Positions 39,233 to 49,576 of a stretch of 64,000 nt of DNA are shown piece by piece. A model generated the notes under the pieces. The model was not told the DNA's origin and ran no database searches. It saw only the letters and a program-made list of their open reading frames with translations. This stretch comes from an uncultured virus (IMG/VR IMGVR_UViG_3300049893_000201) (Duplodnaviria; Heunggongvirae; Uroviricota; Caudoviricetes): the IMG/VR virus record IMGVR_UViG_3300049893_000201. One strand, given 5' to 3'. A program made the translations under genes and the position numbers. The first letter of the stretch is position 1. Each line of letters opens with the position of its first letter.

Positions 39233-40252
39233 TTATTGATTCCAATATTTTTCTACTTTTTTTAATAAATCTACTAAAACTTCTTCGTTTAGTGGATTGT
39301 TTAAATACTCAACAACATCCGCTTGGTTACGCCCTAGCAAAATGTTTTTATCTGTTAAGTAGATAAAACCATCTCCTTTAGCATTGATGAACTTATAGTA
39401 AGTGGCATCTTTAACCAAAGCTTTTAACTTTAATTCTTCCATGCTTAGGTTAGCGGCATCCAAGAAAGCTTGTGCAGCTCTGTTAGCACTCTTCTCTGTT
39501 CCCTCACCATTAATAAAGTTATCCATGTTATCATAAACAACATCATTAGGAGTAGACTTTTTATACTGAGCACTTCCTGTATCTACTACTTTAGCAATGT
39601 AAAGTAACTTGTTAGTATTCTTGTCAAACAACTTTTGTAATTCAGCAATAGCTTTATTACGTAATTTTTTAGATTCAGTTTTTGTAGAAACTGTATCTGT
39701 ATAACGATCTAAGAAAAACTTAGGAGGATTAGTTTTAGATCTTGCATCTTCATAGCTTTTTGCTACAATACTAAATCCACCTGCGTTAATAGCATAGATT
39801 TTAATTAAATCATAAGGATCTTTAGGATCCAAAAATACTGGCTCATTGCCACACTTAACCTCCATCTTACTCCAGAATTCATCATTATCAGGCCTTAATA
39901 ATTTTACCTTAGCCCAAAACTCTGGATCTTCTGGATTAATAACATTAGCTGCAAGTTCTTTTTCTAACTCAGATACAACGTTTCGTATCTCTTTAATTAC
40001 AGCTGATCTTACTTCAGAATCAGATATATTTTTAATCTCTGGAGCAAATTCATTAAGACCTGTAACATAACGTTTAATACCGTTAAACTCTAAACAGGCT
40101 AGTTGTTCCATGTGCTTTACATTATCATAAAGCGATTGTCCATATTTTTCTAACCCCATATTACCTACACGGCTATCAAAATAAGGTTTAATTGCGATAG
40201 GTCCTCTTTTATTTTCAGAGTACCTCTCAACTTTAGTAAAAGTCGTAATCAT
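39233..40252 (-). CDS. Conserved crAss-like protein downstream of the MCP (probable start MITTFTK at 40252)
   Basis: Synteny; the ORF-track start lies inside the MCP terminator, whereas 40252 has an AAACCAACAAA leader. Confidence 0.65.
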   Translation of the reverse strand: MITTFTKVERYSENKRGPIAIKPYFDSRVGNMGLEKYGQSLYDNVKHMEQLACLEFNGIKRYVTGLNEFAPEIKNISDSEVRSAVIKEIRNVVSELEKELAANVINPEDPEFWAKVKLLRPDNDEFWSKMEVKCGNEPVFLDPKDPYDLIKIYAINAGGFSIVAKSYEDARSKTNPPKFFLDRYTDTVSTKTESKKLRNKAIAELQKLFDKNTNKLLYIAKVVDTGSAQYKKSTPNDVVYDNMDNFINGEGTEKSANRAAQAFLDAANLSMEELKLKALVKDATYYKFINAKGDGFIYLTDKNILLGRNQADVVEYLNNPLNEEVLVDLLKKVEKYWNQ

Positions 40253-40289
40253 TTTGTTGGTTTTATTTATTGGTTTTTGTAAAGGTAGT

Positions 40290-40318
40290 AAAAAGGGGGA
40301 GGCTTTCAACTCTCCCCC
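40290..40318 (-). terminator. Intrinsic terminator after the major capsid gene
   Basis: Minus strand GGGGGAG-loop-CTCCCCC-TTTTT. Confidence 0.75.
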
Positions 40319-40338
40319 GATTTACCGATTTATTAAGA

Positions 40339-41955
40339 TTAGAATGAACCTCCAGTAATTGGGTTACGCATAACAATCTTCAATACCTTGGTTGGGTCTT
40401 TAACCCAGATAGCAGGCATAGTTTGAGACATATATACGCGATATCCGTTAAACTGGCCAGAACTTTGGAATCCTTGAGTACGTCCCATATAATCCATAGT
40501 TCCGTTTTGGTACCACCACTTTAATTGGTTATCCCAGCTAAGTTTCAACAAGAAGATGTTGTCGTTAGTATTATCTGTGATATCAAAGATGATGAAGCTG
40601 TAAGAAGACAATGGGAAACCATCGATGATTGGGTTTTCAATGTCGTTAGTGTGTAGGTTATCAAACGCTGGGTTAAGTACAAACTTCACGTTAGCCAAGA
40701 ATGGGATAACATAAGAAGTGTAAGCAAATCCAAAGTTTAAGTCCATACCTTTACCAGTGATTGCTCCGATGTCAGCTGCCTGAATCAACAATCCTGAAGA
40801 CATAGCCTCACGCTTGATAGCTTCGTTAACCATACGCATACCTCCCATACCAGTTTGTACGATAAGCTGACGCTTAGGATCTGGTCCTTGGAAGTCAACC
40901 TTACCTGCGTAGAAGTTGTAAAGCTCAGAGCGGAACAAATCTAAGTTGAAACCAGACTTGTTATATACACGCTTAAATGAGTTATCCAACTGCTTCCACA
41001 AACCGACAGATAGACGGATATCATCTGGACCGTCCTGACGTACACGTCCACCTTGTCCCCACATTAAGTAAGTTTCGATGTCGCTAGCTACTTTAGTCAA
41101 GTGAGCTGCTTCCATAGTGGTTAAGAATGTACGGCTTAAAGATCCGTTAGACATAGCACGCTTAACATAATCCTTACCCATACGAGATACCATAGTATCT
41201 AAGTTAGCGATAGATGGATCGATGTTTTTGTCGAAGTTGCGCCAGATCTCTACTACTGGTACAGTACCATCTGCATTCATTCCGCCTTTGATCATAAGAT
41301 CTGCACGAGAAGAAATAGAATAGTGAACGTGAGCTTCAGCTCCACCTACGAAGTTGTAGTACTCACGGAAACCAGTTTGTGTAACAATATCAGAGAAACG
41401 CTCTCCGTATTCACCACGAGCAGAACCTTTACGGAAGATTTTAGTACCAGGTGCAAGGATAGATGTATCCAAACCATAACTAGAATCGTTGTTCACTAAT
41501 TGAACAGTGTAAAGGAAGCCATCACCTAGAGGAACGATATCGTCCGCAGTAATGTACATTTCCGCACCGTTGTACTTGTCATAAGTGATGATATCACCAT
41601 GACCAAACTCTCTACGAGAAACCTTGATCTGGAAGGTAGTACCGTCAGCACCAAGAGTAGCTCCGTCTGTTAAGATTTCGTCAACAATGTAAGGAAGATC
41701 TAATACAACTGGTGTTTGCCACTTGTACTCTCCTCTAGCGTTGTCAACATTAATTACGTTCTTTCCACCAAAGCTAGACATTTGGTACAAAGGCATTTCT
41801 ACCTTTTGCGCCATTGCCCAAAGATCTACTGGTCCTAAATCCATAGGTTCAGCATTCTTGAGCATGTTAACCAAGTGGTAAGAATCTACGTGTGAACTAG
41901 CTGCGTAGTTGGTATCCCGTAGAAATATACCATTGTTCAAAACTGGAGTTGCCAT
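40339..41955 (-). CDS. Major capsid protein (crAss-like HK97 fold)
   Basis: 538 aa, two genes after the portal; E..LMWG..G..GLWKQL motif; strong highly-expressed codon bias; own terminator. Confidence 0.85.
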   Translation of the reverse strand: MATPVLNNGIFLRDTNYAASSHVDSYHLVNMLKNAEPMDLGPVDLWAMAQKVEMPLYQMSSFGGKNVINVDNARGEYKWQTPVVLDLPYIVDEILTDGATLGADGTTFQIKVSRREFGHGDIITYDKYNGAEMYITADDIVPLGDGFLYTVQLVNNDSSYGLDTSILAPGTKIFRKGSARGEYGERFSDIVTQTGFREYYNFVGGAEAHVHYSISSRADLMIKGGMNADGTVPVVEIWRNFDKNIDPSIANLDTMVSRMGKDYVKRAMSNGSLSRTFLTTMEAAHLTKVASDIETYLMWGQGGRVRQDGPDDIRLSVGLWKQLDNSFKRVYNKSGFNLDLFRSELYNFYAGKVDFQGPDPKRQLIVQTGMGGMRMVNEAIKREAMSSGLLIQAADIGAITGKGMDLNFGFAYTSYVIPFLANVKFVLNPAFDNLHTNDIENPIIDGFPLSSYSFIIFDITDNTNDNIFLLKLSWDNQLKWWYQNGTMDYMGRTQGFQSSGQFNGYRVYMSQTMPAIWVKDPTKVLKIVMRNPITGGSF

Positions 41956-41985
41956 GTTTTATTTATTTATTTAAGGGTTAATTAA

Positions 41986-43206
41986 TTATCGCTTAAAGAA
42001 GTTCCCATTTCTAGGTATTCTTCTTTGAGTTGTTTCTTCTTTTTCAATAACTGGTGTACTAGTAGCCATCTTAGCTTGTTCAGTCTTTAACTGACGCACA
42101 GTTTTTTCTACCTGTGCTGCTTTTCCTTGGTCACGTACTTTGTTACGGTAGCCGTCTGGATCAGCAAGTAGCCATAATGCCTCAGCAATAAGCGGATAGT
42201 TAGGCTCTACATACTGATACTTTTCTAGTAAGTGTCCTAATAAATTAGTCTGCTTACCAGAAATAGATGGATAAGATGGTTGAACTAAACCGGTATAAAT
42301 TAAGTTTTGCGTACGCTTATCTAGTTTAACACCATTTAGATCTGCAGAAGCTACTGTGTTATATACATTTTGCATATACGCATCAGCCGCAGCTTGTTGT
42401 TGTCTCTTCATTTGCTCTTGCTGAGCTAATCTCTGAGCTACAACATGCTCTTGCATCCTATCCAACTTTGGCTTGAACTTAAGAGCTTTAGCTTCCAGGT
42501 CTCCTCTGTCTCTCCATCCATCTATTTCCTCTTCAATTTCATCTGCTGTTCCAAAGTTAGTAGCTCTTAAGTACTCACGTACAATTTGCTCCTGACCTCT
42601 TTCAGAGTGAGGATCTAGTTCACGAACTTCTTCTACTTGTGAAAGAACTTTAAATAAACCTTTTAAGTCCTGTCCACCATCTGCTACATATTTAGCTGCA
42701 TACTGAAGTTCTTCTGGTAGGGATTCAAAAAACTCTACTGGAGTTTCCTGTCTTACTTTGTTCTCAATTTCAGCAAAGTTTGCTTCCATAAGTTCCTCGT
42801 AATCTTTTAATGAATACTCCTCTAAAGGTTTGTCATCATCAAAAGGTACGATTTTACCAGCCTCGATTAACTTATTTACTAATTCAGCCATTCCTGTTTT
42901 GTCCACCTTAGGGCGGCCAGCTGATTTCTTATCCTTATCTTCTTCTGAAGCTTTAGGTCTAAAATCACCATCAGGATCTACTTCTTCAATAATGTCATCA
43001 ATCGCTATTTTATCTTTTGGTTCCGCGCCTTCTTCATCGGATCCTTTGTCAATAAAGGAGAGGTCAAGTTCTTCCTTGGAAAATATTCCAGGTTTCTTCT
43101 CTTCCTCTGGGAGCATAACGTTTTCTGCACCCGGTGTACCTAGAATCTCATCTAGGTTAATATCTACCTGCTCAATTGAGGTAGTCTCTGTGTTTTCTGT
43201 AGACAT
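41986..43206 (-). CDS. Acidic scaffold-like protein between portal and MCP
   Basis: Very acidic N-terminus, coiled coil; conserved crAss synteny. Confidence 0.65.
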   Translation of the reverse strand: MSTENTETTSIEQVDINLDEILGTPGAENVMLPEEEKKPGIFSKEELDLSFIDKGSDEEGAEPKDKIAIDDIIEEVDPDGDFRPKASEEDKDKKSAGRPKVDKTGMAELVNKLIEAGKIVPFDDDKPLEEYSLKDYEELMEANFAEIENKVRQETPVEFFESLPEELQYAAKYVADGGQDLKGLFKVLSQVEEVRELDPHSERGQEQIVREYLRATNFGTADEIEEEIDGWRDRGDLEAKALKFKPKLDRMQEHVVAQRLAQQEQMKRQQQAAADAYMQNVYNTVASADLNGVKLDKRTQNLIYTGLVQPSYPSISGKQTNLLGHLLEKYQYVEPNYPLIAEALWLLADPDGYRNKVRDQGKAAQVEKTVRQLKTEQAKMATSTPVIEKEETTQRRIPRNGNFFKR

Positions 43207-43317
43207 ATTAGTTGGTTTTTTAAGTTTTCTCTACACTATCAATATACGCAAATCTATAGTTTAAACTTTAAAAATTAAGGATGCTAAAAAAATAAAGTGC
43301 ATCTTATAGCAAAACCC

Positions 43318-46074
43318 TTATTTTTTACTCTTTTTATCTGTAGATTTACGGTCATATTTGTTTTTATTTTCTCTAGCAATACGTAATTGATTATCAGAAA
43401 TCTGTTTTTGAGCAGCAAGTTTAGCTTCTTCTAAACTCATTGTTTCTCTATGTTCAGACATTCTGTTAATCTCTTTCTCACGTTGTAGATTCATATTATC
43501 ATTCTGAGCCTGTGTACGGTTAATTTCTTTCATAGCATCAGTATAATCACTTTGCTGATTCTGATTAATATCTACCGTAGCACCGTAACCAGCTGCTTTA
43601 ATCTGAGCTTCAGTAATTCTGTTCTGACGATTCTTTTCATTTTCCTGAGCTTCAAATTCCATCTTCATTCTAGCCTCTTCCTGCTTAGCCTGAATCATTT
43701 GTTCCTGCATCTGCTGCTGTTGCTGCATTTCTTGCTGACGTATCTGCTGAGCCTTAGCTTCAGTCTTCTTAAGTATTTGCGTAACATCAGGAATCGAATC
43801 AGCCATGAGTATATTACCCAGATCATAAATGGAAGCACCAGAAGTGTTATTAGAAATAGCCATTTGTTTAAGCTGTTCCAAAACGGCACGATGATTAGCT
43901 TTAGTAGTACAAAAAATGTTAAGGTCTCTAAGAAGAAGGTCAGTGCCATTAATCTCGAAATTTTTTCTTTCATCGGCTGTAGTAATATACTGTAAACGTA
44001 CAGAAGGTTTAGTAGAGTTATAGTACTGTGCTAAGTCTGTGCGCATCATGTGTACACGAGGCATTAGATAGTCACAGTGCTGGATAAAGTAAGTTTCAGT
44101 TTGTGCATAAGAAGCACTTACGGCTTGCTCTACTCCAGTGGCAGTATTAGTTTGACCAATCTGCATACCTAGACGCTGAGGTGTAATACCAATTACTTCA
44201 AACGCTTGTTGCTTAAAGTAATTAGCTAACTGGATGCGAGACATCAAACGGTTAGTTTGTTCTAGATCTAATTTTTGGTAGTGCTGGAAAGCTAAAGCAT
44301 TTTCTGTATTGGTAATAGAAGTATCCAATGGTAACATCTGGAAGTTCTTCATTGCCACATAAGCCTTAGCTAAGTTATTCTTTCCCCAGTCCTCTCCGAG
44401 AGAATGTCTAGGTAAAGCATTCTGATCTAGTAAGATTACAGTACCTAGTTCATCTACTAGGATATCCGCAATCTGATTATTTACAATGTTGTAACCAATT
44501 TGGAAAGGCTTCATTAAATCTACTAAAGATGTAGATCTTGTATTACGGTCTGAGAACACAGAACCTTCTACAGGAAGTTTACATCCATACAAACTATCGT
44601 CACCTTTAAACTGAAACTTAATAGGTCCAATTTGGTTTTGGTTAATGCCTAAATAAATAGGATTAATACCACCAGGGTTATTAGTTCCCCAGTAAGTAGG
44701 GTGATTAGGACCAATCTTAACACCTCCCCATACCTCATTGATCCAGATCCAGTCTAAATGTTCTCCGAATAATAAGTTATCCTTAGTCTTATTTTTAATA
44801 AGATCTGTATTATAAAGAGGCTTATCTGTAATCTTGTATGATTCATCTACAATCTCTACAGTAACAGACCCCATGTCATCTATTTTAGTAAGGTGACCAA
44901 TTTTACGTTGAGACTTCCAGTAAACTGTAGTTACACGTAATAAGTTGGTCATACCCATATCAAACCAGTCCTCACTATCTGAGAGAATCCAGTTAACAAT
45001 GTCTCCTCCACGTAAGGTATTATCCCACATAGAAGTATACTGACGGTATCCTAGAGATGGCATATTAGTATTCCAGTCATGAGACTTAGTACCATCATAA
45101 TAGCTACCATCATTTTGGTAACCCTGAATAGGATAACCGGCTGAACGTACAGGATAAATTTGTTCTAATGTATTCATCTGATCCTCAGTCATTAACCAGC
45201 CATAACGGTCAATAACGTCAGCTACAGTCATCATGTCGTATTTACCTACCCACTGACCCTGAGAAATATAACGAGCATCTGGAGATTTGTGGTAAAATGT
45301 AAGAACCGGATTCCATAACTCTACGTCATAGTCATCATCTAACATACGGAAATGCCAGAACTCACGGTCTGTAATAAGCATATCGCGGAAACCTCTTTCC
45401 TCTAGCTCATCCATTTTAAATCTTTCAGCATCTACAGAGTGTTGATGAGAAGCCCATTGTTCTACTAAAGATTTATAAGATTTAGTAAAAAAGTCTTGTA
45501 TTTCAGGTAAAGACTTAACATTTTCAGGTGATAATGCTTGTTGATACTCTTCAGATTCCACATCTACCCCATCTTGAGCTAAGCGCATCATAAGCTGTTC
45601 TTCAGCATCCTTCATCAGAGACTGTTCTATCTGAGAACGCTTCATTTCCATCATCTCATTATAGGATGTCTCATCTACAGATCTGTATGTAACAGCACTA
45701 TTTCTTTTAGCAAATTCTGCTACAAGAGTATTAACTACATTAGGTATAATAGGATAGAACTTAAGCTCTAAAGCCGCACTATCTTCTCTTGTAAGTGTTT
45801 CAATAAGATCTGCATATTCATTATCTTCCTCGATAATATAGTCACCTTTATCTATAATACCTTTTGCAAGTTTATAATTCTTCATTAAACGACGCGCGTT
45901 TCTACGCACATGCTGAAGACCTTTCCATTCTAGCCAGTCCAGATTCCAAGCTGTCCAGTCTACATCTTTCTCCTTACGGGGAATAAACTGAATAGGCTGG
46001 TTAAGAGTACCCATTTTGTTGTACTCAACTTTGGCCCCACCAGCCTTAATTTGCATCGCATTATATATCTGCAT
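43318..46074 (-). CDS. Portal protein
   Basis: 918 aa after TerL; FYPIIPNVVNTLVAEF..R, WINEVW.G.KIG, SLVDLMKPFQ..YNIV.N, GITPQRLG motifs; Gln-rich C-terminal coil. Confidence 0.85.
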   Translation of the reverse strand: MQIYNAMQIKAGGAKVEYNKMGTLNQPIQFIPRKEKDVDWTAWNLDWLEWKGLQHVRRNARRLMKNYKLAKGIIDKGDYIIEEDNEYADLIETLTREDSAALELKFYPIIPNVVNTLVAEFAKRNSAVTYRSVDETSYNEMMEMKRSQIEQSLMKDAEEQLMMRLAQDGVDVESEEYQQALSPENVKSLPEIQDFFTKSYKSLVEQWASHQHSVDAERFKMDELEERGFRDMLITDREFWHFRMLDDDYDVELWNPVLTFYHKSPDARYISQGQWVGKYDMMTVADVIDRYGWLMTEDQMNTLEQIYPVRSAGYPIQGYQNDGSYYDGTKSHDWNTNMPSLGYRQYTSMWDNTLRGGDIVNWILSDSEDWFDMGMTNLLRVTTVYWKSQRKIGHLTKIDDMGSVTVEIVDESYKITDKPLYNTDLIKNKTKDNLLFGEHLDWIWINEVWGGVKIGPNHPTYWGTNNPGGINPIYLGINQNQIGPIKFQFKGDDSLYGCKLPVEGSVFSDRNTRSTSLVDLMKPFQIGYNIVNNQIADILVDELGTVILLDQNALPRHSLGEDWGKNNLAKAYVAMKNFQMLPLDTSITNTENALAFQHYQKLDLEQTNRLMSRIQLANYFKQQAFEVIGITPQRLGMQIGQTNTATGVEQAVSASYAQTETYFIQHCDYLMPRVHMMRTDLAQYYNSTKPSVRLQYITTADERKNFEINGTDLLLRDLNIFCTTKANHRAVLEQLKQMAISNNTSGASIYDLGNILMADSIPDVTQILKKTEAKAQQIRQQEMQQQQQMQEQMIQAKQEEARMKMEFEAQENEKNRQNRITEAQIKAAGYGATVDINQNQQSDYTDAMKEINRTQAQNDNMNLQREKEINRMSEHRETMSLEEAKLAAQKQISDNQLRIARENKNKYDRKSTDKKSKK

Positions 46075-46075
46075 A

Positions 46076-48289
46076 CTATCTTATGTTTCTAAATGGATTT
46101 TTAGGTACTTTCATACCTGAAAAATTATGCCCACCCCCACCTATGTGACGGAAAGGGCTCATATTTAATTTACTGAATTTATTGGAGTTATCCAAGTTTT
46201 TTGCTATACCAGTTTCCTCATAGCGTTTTTTATAACCTCTATTTGCCTGTTGAACTTTTGCAAAAGCTACTAATGCTGCAAATGATACTAGTCTATCGAC
46301 GTTAACCCCATCACGATATGCTTGCATTTCTTTCATCAACATGATGTCTGGAATACGCTCTATACCATAAGTTGTTTTAACTACTTTACCATCTGCTGTT
46401 AACTCTTCATGTAACTCTTCTTTTAAAAATTCGATAGCATAACTTAACATATGACTTTTAAATAAAGTCCCGGTATTACGCCATCCATATTCCTGAAATA
46501 CGTTAGCATTAGCGCCTATATCTTTTAAGAATAAAATCTGAGATCTAGGTACAAGATACTTCTGTTTCTTTTTTTGAATCATATGATTAATAAACTGACT
46601 AATGTTGTTTTCCACAATAGTCCAGGCATTATACCATTCTATGATAAGCTCTAATCTCTCATGAGTTTTATTAATATCGTCAAAGCGGCCACACCATGCA
46701 GCTACTATTTTATCATTCTCTATATAGGTTTCTACTTTTTCCCCATCATTTTTAGTAACCTCTACTGGTGTCTTATATACATATATAGAACATAAAGATT
46801 CGGAGGTGGTAGTCTTACCTTCTGATACCGGGTCAATAGATGCATAGTACATTCCAAACTCTGGATCTTTAACAGGTCTTTCCCATACTACTAAACATCC
46901 TGTTTTATCTTCTGTATCTTTTGTAATAGGAAATTCTCTAATTGGAAGTTTGTTAGTATCCTTTACAGCAGGTTGTCCCTTTTCATCTTTATATATTTCT
47001 AGATGTTCGTAGGCATACATCTTATCTTCTATTCTTCTTTCCTGTGCTGTAATTAAGTGCTGAGGGAATACAGATACTGTTCTAAATGCAAACGCTTCTT
47101 TAATATTTCTAGGATGCTGAGAGATACGTAACTGATATTCTTGTGGATCTAGTTCTCTTTTCCAAGTAGCAAATTGCTCATCTAGTGCGGCTAAGGCTTC
47201 ATCTACTTTAGAATTACCATATTCATCAATAAACGGAGGCATGGACCATTGCTCAGGAATAAATAATCCGGTTCTTCCTATAACTCCAGTTTCATCTATT
47301 AAGTCAGACTCTACAGAATAGATATCATTAGCATCAGGTCTAGTAATCATTTTCTTAAGAGGCTCACACTGAGTTAAATCCCCTACAGAACCAGCTGCTA
47401 TAAACATACCTGTAGTAATAAATCCAGACTTCATAGCGGGACGGATGTACTCAAAGGTAGTATCCATCTTAGGGGCAATACCGCCTTCTTCGTGGAAGAA
47501 GTATTTACACGGTCCCCCTACTCCATTAGTAGGATCTTTTTCAAAAGACATTCCTTGTAATACGCCTTTAAGACCTACTTCGGACTTACGTTTACTTAGG
47601 GGGTCTACACTCTCAATTTTTTGCTGCCACATCATAACCTTATTAGGGTTCATTGGGCGGTACCATGCTGTATGTTTATTTAAGAATGCTTCATATTCAT
47701 TTAAGAATTTCCAAGTACCTTTCTCATTAATATAATCTTTAAGGCTAGCTCCCATCTTAAGAGTAACCCCTTCCTCAAACCATATCTGATTAATAAGTTT
47801 ACCAGCATGAAAGTATGATGATGCAATCTGACGTTTCTTTAATATAGCCGAATGCCTATAGTTTAACTCAGCTAAAGTTTCATATAGTGCCATATGGTAC
47901 TGTGCATCGCGGATATCGGCAAAACCAAACTTCTGAGTCTCTTTATTAAAGATGGGTAAGAAGTTTAACCACATGTAGTAATCTCTAGGTATATACCAAG
48001 AATTGGTACCACTTTTAAATATTACTCCTACGCGACACTTAAATTTTTGGTCATTCCAGTATTTTATGAAATCTTTTGTTCCCTGAGGAGCTTTACAGTA
48101 AAAACCTATTTCATTAAATATTCTAGCCTGTTCATTAAACATTTTGCTGGTCTCATCAAAATGGTATTGACCAGGCTCTTTAAAAATACTAAATACAAAA
48201 TCCTTGAACTCATCTTTTGTAGCAAAAGTTGTAGTTCCCCACTCACCATTTTCCCAGGTAGGTATTTCTATGTCAGTGCTTCTTAGCAT
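46076..48289 (-). CDS. terL: Terminase large subunit
   Basis: Walker A-like LKKRQIASSY, Walker B FFHEEGG, nuclease motif YYASIDPVSEG, C-terminal NVDRLVS. Confidence 0.9.
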   Translation of the reverse strand: MLRSTDIEIPTWENGEWGTTTFATKDEFKDFVFSIFKEPGQYHFDETSKMFNEQARIFNEIGFYCKAPQGTKDFIKYWNDQKFKCRVGVIFKSGTNSWYIPRDYYMWLNFLPIFNKETQKFGFADIRDAQYHMALYETLAELNYRHSAILKKRQIASSYFHAGKLINQIWFEEGVTLKMGASLKDYINEKGTWKFLNEYEAFLNKHTAWYRPMNPNKVMMWQQKIESVDPLSKRKSEVGLKGVLQGMSFEKDPTNGVGGPCKYFFHEEGGIAPKMDTTFEYIRPAMKSGFITTGMFIAAGSVGDLTQCEPLKKMITRPDANDIYSVESDLIDETGVIGRTGLFIPEQWSMPPFIDEYGNSKVDEALAALDEQFATWKRELDPQEYQLRISQHPRNIKEAFAFRTVSVFPQHLITAQERRIEDKMYAYEHLEIYKDEKGQPAVKDTNKLPIREFPITKDTEDKTGCLVVWERPVKDPEFGMYYASIDPVSEGKTTTSESLCSIYVYKTPVEVTKNDGEKVETYIENDKIVAAWCGRFDDINKTHERLELIIEWYNAWTIVENNISQFINHMIQKKKQKYLVPRSQILFLKDIGANANVFQEYGWRNTGTLFKSHMLSYAIEFLKEELHEELTADGKVVKTTYGIERIPDIMLMKEMQAYRDGVNVDRLVSFAALVAFAKVQQANRGYKKRYEETGIAKNLDNSNKFSKLNMSPFRHIGGGGHNFSGMKVPKNPFRNIR

Positions 48290-48455
48290 GTTTCTTTTTT
48301 AATGTATGCAAAAGATCTTTTAGTTCTTTAAATCCTCTTGGCTTAACAAAACCATTTAGATAATCTTTTATAAGATCTCTGGTTACAGCATACCATTTTT
48401 CTTGATATATGTTGTAATGTAAAAAATAGTCATACAGATAATCACGTTTGGTCAT
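48273..48455 (-). CDS. Small hypothetical protein (probable start MTKRDYLY at 48455)
   Basis: The longer track ORF overlaps the upstream gene by 150 nt; ATG at 48455 gives a short overlap. Confidence 0.5.
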   Translation of the reverse strand: MTKRDYLYDYFLHYNIYQEKWYAVTRDLIKDYLNGFVKPRGFKELKDLLHTLKKKHAKKH

Positions 48456-48960
48456 ATGCAAGTCCCGCTCCCCCGCGCGCGCGTCCTTGTTGCTCTTCTT
48501 GTAAGTCTTTGTACGCGCCTTTGTAGGCTTCGCGGATTTGCTGGAATTTTGCTGCTGTGTTTGTAAGCGCTGTGATGTTACCGTCTCTTCCATCTGTGAT
48601 ACTTGTTGTGGCCATATAGTTTGCTAAACGGTCAAGCATTTGCTTAATACCGTTATACGCCCTCATGGTCGGGGTTTCATATAATTGTTTACAAAGTTTT
48701 AAAGCACCAGGAATACCATCATCCTCTGGGCTAAACTCCGCATTTATCTCTGCTAATATAATCTCTTCTTTGTCATCTTCAGCAAGATTAAAAAAAGGAT
48801 TTAGATCTGGATTAGGACAGGTCATGTAAAAAAGGTACTGATAAATCTTTAAGTGATCCTCTGGATAATCATCCATAATTTTTTTAAGGGTACCTATAGT
48901 ATAGCAGTGTTCCGTAGGAACTATTACATTATTCTGTATATCAAATAGTTTAACAATCAT
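48442..48960 (-). CDS. Putative terminase small subunit / conserved protein upstream of TerL
   Basis: Helical 172-aa protein close upstream of terL, ending RARGG; call rests on synteny. Confidence 0.45.
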   Translation of the reverse strand: MIVKLFDIQNNVIVPTEHCYTIGTLKKIMDDYPEDHLKIYQYLFYMTCPNPDLNPFFNLAEDDKEEIILAEINAEFSPEDDGIPGALKLCKQLYETPTMRAYNGIKQMLDRLANYMATTSITDGRDGNITALTNTAAKFQQIREAYKGAYKDLQEEQQGRARGGAGLAYDQT

Positions 48961-49576
48961 CTTTATGTATATTATAATAAAAGCTATCTGTATCTTCTGT
49001 AATCCATCTATTAGAAACAGTTTCTGCAGATAATAATACTTTATCCACTTTAATATTTTTTGGCTCTATTGGAAATTCTTTAGTCACCCAGTTAGAGTCT
49101 TTCCAGTATATTCTATTATTAGGTTGGCATAATAAATAACCATCATCAGCTACTAGTATATGACCACATTTATAGTCCGATGCCTCATCACTATAAGGAT
49201 TATTATACCAATCTACAGTAAACATATACTTGGCCCATATTTTAGAACCATCTTTTAAAACAACTTGACATCTTTTTTCTTTAAGGTATTCGTATGCTGT
49301 TACAGTAACGTTTTCTGAAAAACAATCCCATAATTGTTTCATATGAAAGTCTATATCTTTTTCTGGCTCCTTTAAAAATATTTCAGAAATAGGTACTCTA
49401 GATCTAAGCATACCATAATCTGTTATAATATGAAATGTTAGTATTTTTAAGCTAATAGATTGAATAGCAAAAGCATAAGCATCATGAAAAGTATTATAAT
49501 CATTTTCATCTTTTGTAAAATGAGATAACCTTACAAGGCACTTAAATGCTGGTATATTTTCGTTAAGAGTTGCCAT
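48950..49576 (-). CDS. Conserved phage hypothetical protein
   Basis: LNENIP...QLWDCFS...YMFTVDW...KCGHIL...QPNNRI.W.D motif set. Confidence 0.65.
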   Translation of the reverse strand: MATLNENIPAFKCLVRLSHFTKDENDYNTFHDAYAFAIQSISLKILTFHIITDYGMLRSRVPISEIFLKEPEKDIDFHMKQLWDCFSENVTVTAYEYLKEKRCQVVLKDGSKIWAKYMFTVDWYNNPYSDEASDYKCGHILVADDGYLLCQPNNRIYWKDSNWVTKEFPIEPKNIKVDKVLLSAETVSNRWITEDTDSFYYNIHKDDC

